Shown in pieces: positions 62,254-64,000 of a DNA stretch of 64,000 nucleotides. The DNA is taken from the NCBI GenBank assembly GCA_035519535.1, contig DATIWF010000029.1:21611-85610 (forward strand), given 5' to 3'. The first letter of the stretch is position 1, and each line of letters opens with the position of its first letter. The notes under the pieces are model-generated. The model was given only the letters and a program-made list of their open reading frames with translations. It was not told the origin of the DNA and made no database searches. The DNA is from Vicinamibacterales bacterium. Its GTDB lineage: Bacteria > Acidobacteriota > Vicinamibacteria > Vicinamibacterales > SCN-69-37. A program made the translations under genes and the position numbers.

Positions 62254-63110
62254 CGGACGCAGCCTACGCGGCCTGCCTGCGCCTCGCACGGCAGCACTAC
62301 GAGAACTTTCCGGTCGCGTCGCGGCTGCTGCCCGCGCCGGCACGGCCGCACATCGCGGCGGTCTACGCGTTCGCGCGCATCGCCGACGACTTCGCCGACG
62401 AGGGCACGCGATCGGACGAGGCCCGGCTGGCGCTGCTCGATGACTGGCAGGCCCGGCTGCACGCGGCCGCGGAAGGCCGGGCGGCGGATGATCGATCGGA
62501 TTCGTCCGCGATCTTCGTCGCCCTGGGCGAGACGATCCGGACCTGCGGGCTCGAGGTCGGGTCGTTCGACGATCTCCTGAGCGCGTTCCGGCAGGACGTG
62601 CTCGTCAAGCGCTACGAGACGTGGGACGACGTGCTGGGGTATTGCCGGCGGTCGGCGAATCCAGTCGGCCGGCTCGTGCTGCGGATCGCCGGCTATCGCG
62701 ACGACCGCCTCGATCGCTGGTCCGATGCGGTGTGCACGGCGCTCCAGCTCGCCAATTTCTGGCAGGACCTCGACCTCGACTGGCGCAAAGGACGGCTGTA
62801 TCTGCCGCTGGCGCTCGTGCGTGCGGCCGGCGCCGACCTCCAGGATCTGGGCCGCCGGCGAGTGACGCCCGAGTGGCGGGCGGCCCTTGGCGATGCGGTC
62901 GCCCGAACGCGCGCGCTGTTTGCGGACGGGCGGCCGGTGGCCGATGCCGTGCGGGGACGGCTGCGCTGGGAGCTCCGCGCGACGTGGCTCGGCGGCTCGC
63001 GCATCCTCGACCGCCTCGAGGCCGCAAAGTACGACGTCTTTCGCGCGCGGCCGACGCTTGGCTGGCGCGATGCGCTGCCGATCGGCTTGCGGATGTTGAC
63101 GTGGAGATGA
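62247..63110 (+). CDS. hpnC: Squalene synthase HpnC (squalene/phytoene synthase family)
   Basis: The GTG overlaps the upstream stop. Motifs are HYENFPVASRLLP, YAFARIADDFADE and the second Asp-rich-equivalent region. Confidence 0.75.
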   Translation: MVADAAYAACLRLARQHYENFPVASRLLPAPARPHIAAVYAFARIADDFADEGTRSDEARLALLDDWQARLHAAAEGRAADDRSDSSAIFVALGETIRTCGLEVGSFDDLLSAFRQDVLVKRYETWDDVLGYCRRSANPVGRLVLRIAGYRDDRLDRWSDAVCTALQLANFWQDLDLDWRKGRLYLPLALVRAAGADLQDLGRRRVTPEWRAALGDAVARTRALFADGRPVADAVRGRLRWELRATWLGGSRILDRLEAAKYDVFRARPTLGWRDALPIGLRMLTWR

Positions 63111-63183
63111 GCTGGGGTCTGGCCCCGGTGGCGATCGCCGGGCCTGACCCTTGGCGGGTTCGATGCTGAACCTCGATTGAGAG

Positions 63184-64000
63184 ATGACGCGGAAAACCTC
63201 CTTTTACTACTCGTTCCTCGTCCTCCCGCCGCCCCAGCGCCGGGTGATCACGGCCGTGTGGGATTTCTGCCGGGCCGTGGACGACAGCGTGGACCTCGAG
63301 AGCGATCCCGGACGCGCGAGCGCGGCGCTCGCGCTGTGGCGCGGCGAGGTCGACCGCGTGTTCGGCCACCAGCCGCCCGCGACGCCGCAGGGCCGCGCGC
63401 TCCAGCCGTTCGTCGAGTCGAGTCACCTGCCACGCGCCCAGTTCGAGGCGCTCATCGACGGCGTTGAGATGGACGCGACGCCGCGGCGCTACGCGACCTT
63501 CGCGGATCTCGAGCCGTACTGTCATCGTGTGGCGTCCGCGGTGGGTCTCATCTGCGCGGAGATCTTCGGCTACACGGAGCCGGGCGTCCTCGCGTACGCG
63601 CGCGATCTCGGCGTCGCCTTGCAGCTCACCAACATCCTGCGCGACGTCGCCGTGGACTACCGGCGCGGCCGCTTCTACATCCCGCTCGAGGACCTGCATC
63701 GATTCGGCTGCACCGAGGCGGACGTCGCCCGCGAGGTGGCGCAGGCCGGGCACGGCATCCAGACGCCCGCCGTGCGCTCCGTGCTCGAGCACCAGGCGGC
63801 GCGCGCGCGGGTGTTCTTCTCGCGCGCGATTCGCGAGCTGCCGAAGCAGGACGCGTCGCGGTTCGTCGCGGCGGAAATCATGCGGGCCGTCTACATGGAG
63901 CTGCTGCGCCGCATCGAGGCCGCCGGCTGCGACGTGTTTCCGGCCGTCATTCGCGTGCCGAGGCCCGCGCAGGCGCGGCTCGCGCTGCAGGTCTGGTGGC
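63184..64000 (+). CDS. hpnD: Presqualene diphosphate synthase HpnD (partial, runs off the window)
   Basis: My own translation from the ATG at 63184 gives MTRKTSFYYSFLVLPPPQRRVITAVWDFCRAVDDSVD...LQLTNILRDVAVDYRRGRFYIP. This ORF is absent from the ORF track because no stop lies in the window. Confidence 0.75.
   Translation, partial: MTRKTSFYYSFLVLPPPQRRVITAVWDFCRAVDDSVDLESDPGRASAALALWRGEVDRVFGHQPPATPQGRALQPFVESSHLPRAQFEALIDGVEMDATPRRYATFADLEPYCHRVASAVGLICAEIFGYTEPGVLAYARDLGVALQLTNILRDVAVDYRRGRFYIPLEDLHRFGCTEADVAREVAQAGHGIQTPAVRSVLEHQAARARVFFSRAIRELPKQDASRFVAAEIMRAVYMELLRRIEAAGCDVFPAVIRVPRPAQARLALQVWW

Noticed and set aside
1-64000. tRNA, rRNA, tmRNA or RNase P genes.
   Set aside because: Every intergenic region longer than about 60 nt was read. 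None shows cloverleaf-type complementarity or conserved RNA-gene boxes, so none is reported.

Overview
This is a 64-kb, visibly very GC-rich, gene-dense chromosomal segment. I found no rRNA, tRNA, CRISPR array, transposase or integrase. I call about 53 protein-coding genes. They include two paralogous secreted BNR/sortilin-like propellers and two tandem Ser/Thr kinases with TPR tails. DNA-repair genes are uvrA, mpg, uvrC, a short mutY-like gene plus mutT, and an Smr protein. Housekeeping genes are efp, tdk, queF, HU, lpdA-E2-lipB and panE. There is an hsp20-htrA pair, a molybdopterin oxidoreductase with a fused FeS/NrfD partner, hopanoid genes hpnC-hpnD, and a translationally coupled SNF2-helicase / Eco57I-like N6-adenine methyltransferase pair. 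The gene content resembles an Acidobacteriota-like soil bacterium, but taxonomy cannot be established from this window alone. All calls come from reading the ORF translations for motifs; no database search was run, and start codons are inferred. The most unusual signal is a set of short-period tandem-repeat and palindromic elements with three behaviours. (1) Some make up entire intergenic spacers from stop codon to start codon: (GGCAGAR)n heptamers, an AT-rich octamer array, and a phased GTTC 11-mer array. (2) Some fill the junctions between convergent genes as composite palindromes, with inverted oligomer arrays flanking a core; one core is a 20-bp array of 10 or more units. (3) Two sit in frame inside coding sequences, one in the E2 acyltransferase linker and one just after the NPPW motif of the methyltransferase, similar to in-frame palindromic elements described in Rickettsia. 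Secondary candidates are the SNF2-methylase pair (orphan DrmD/DrmMI-like, with no nuclease or DrmABC visible), a conserved 14-nt TATACT motif upstream of three genes, near-leaderless gene starts, and several apparent pseudoenzymes.
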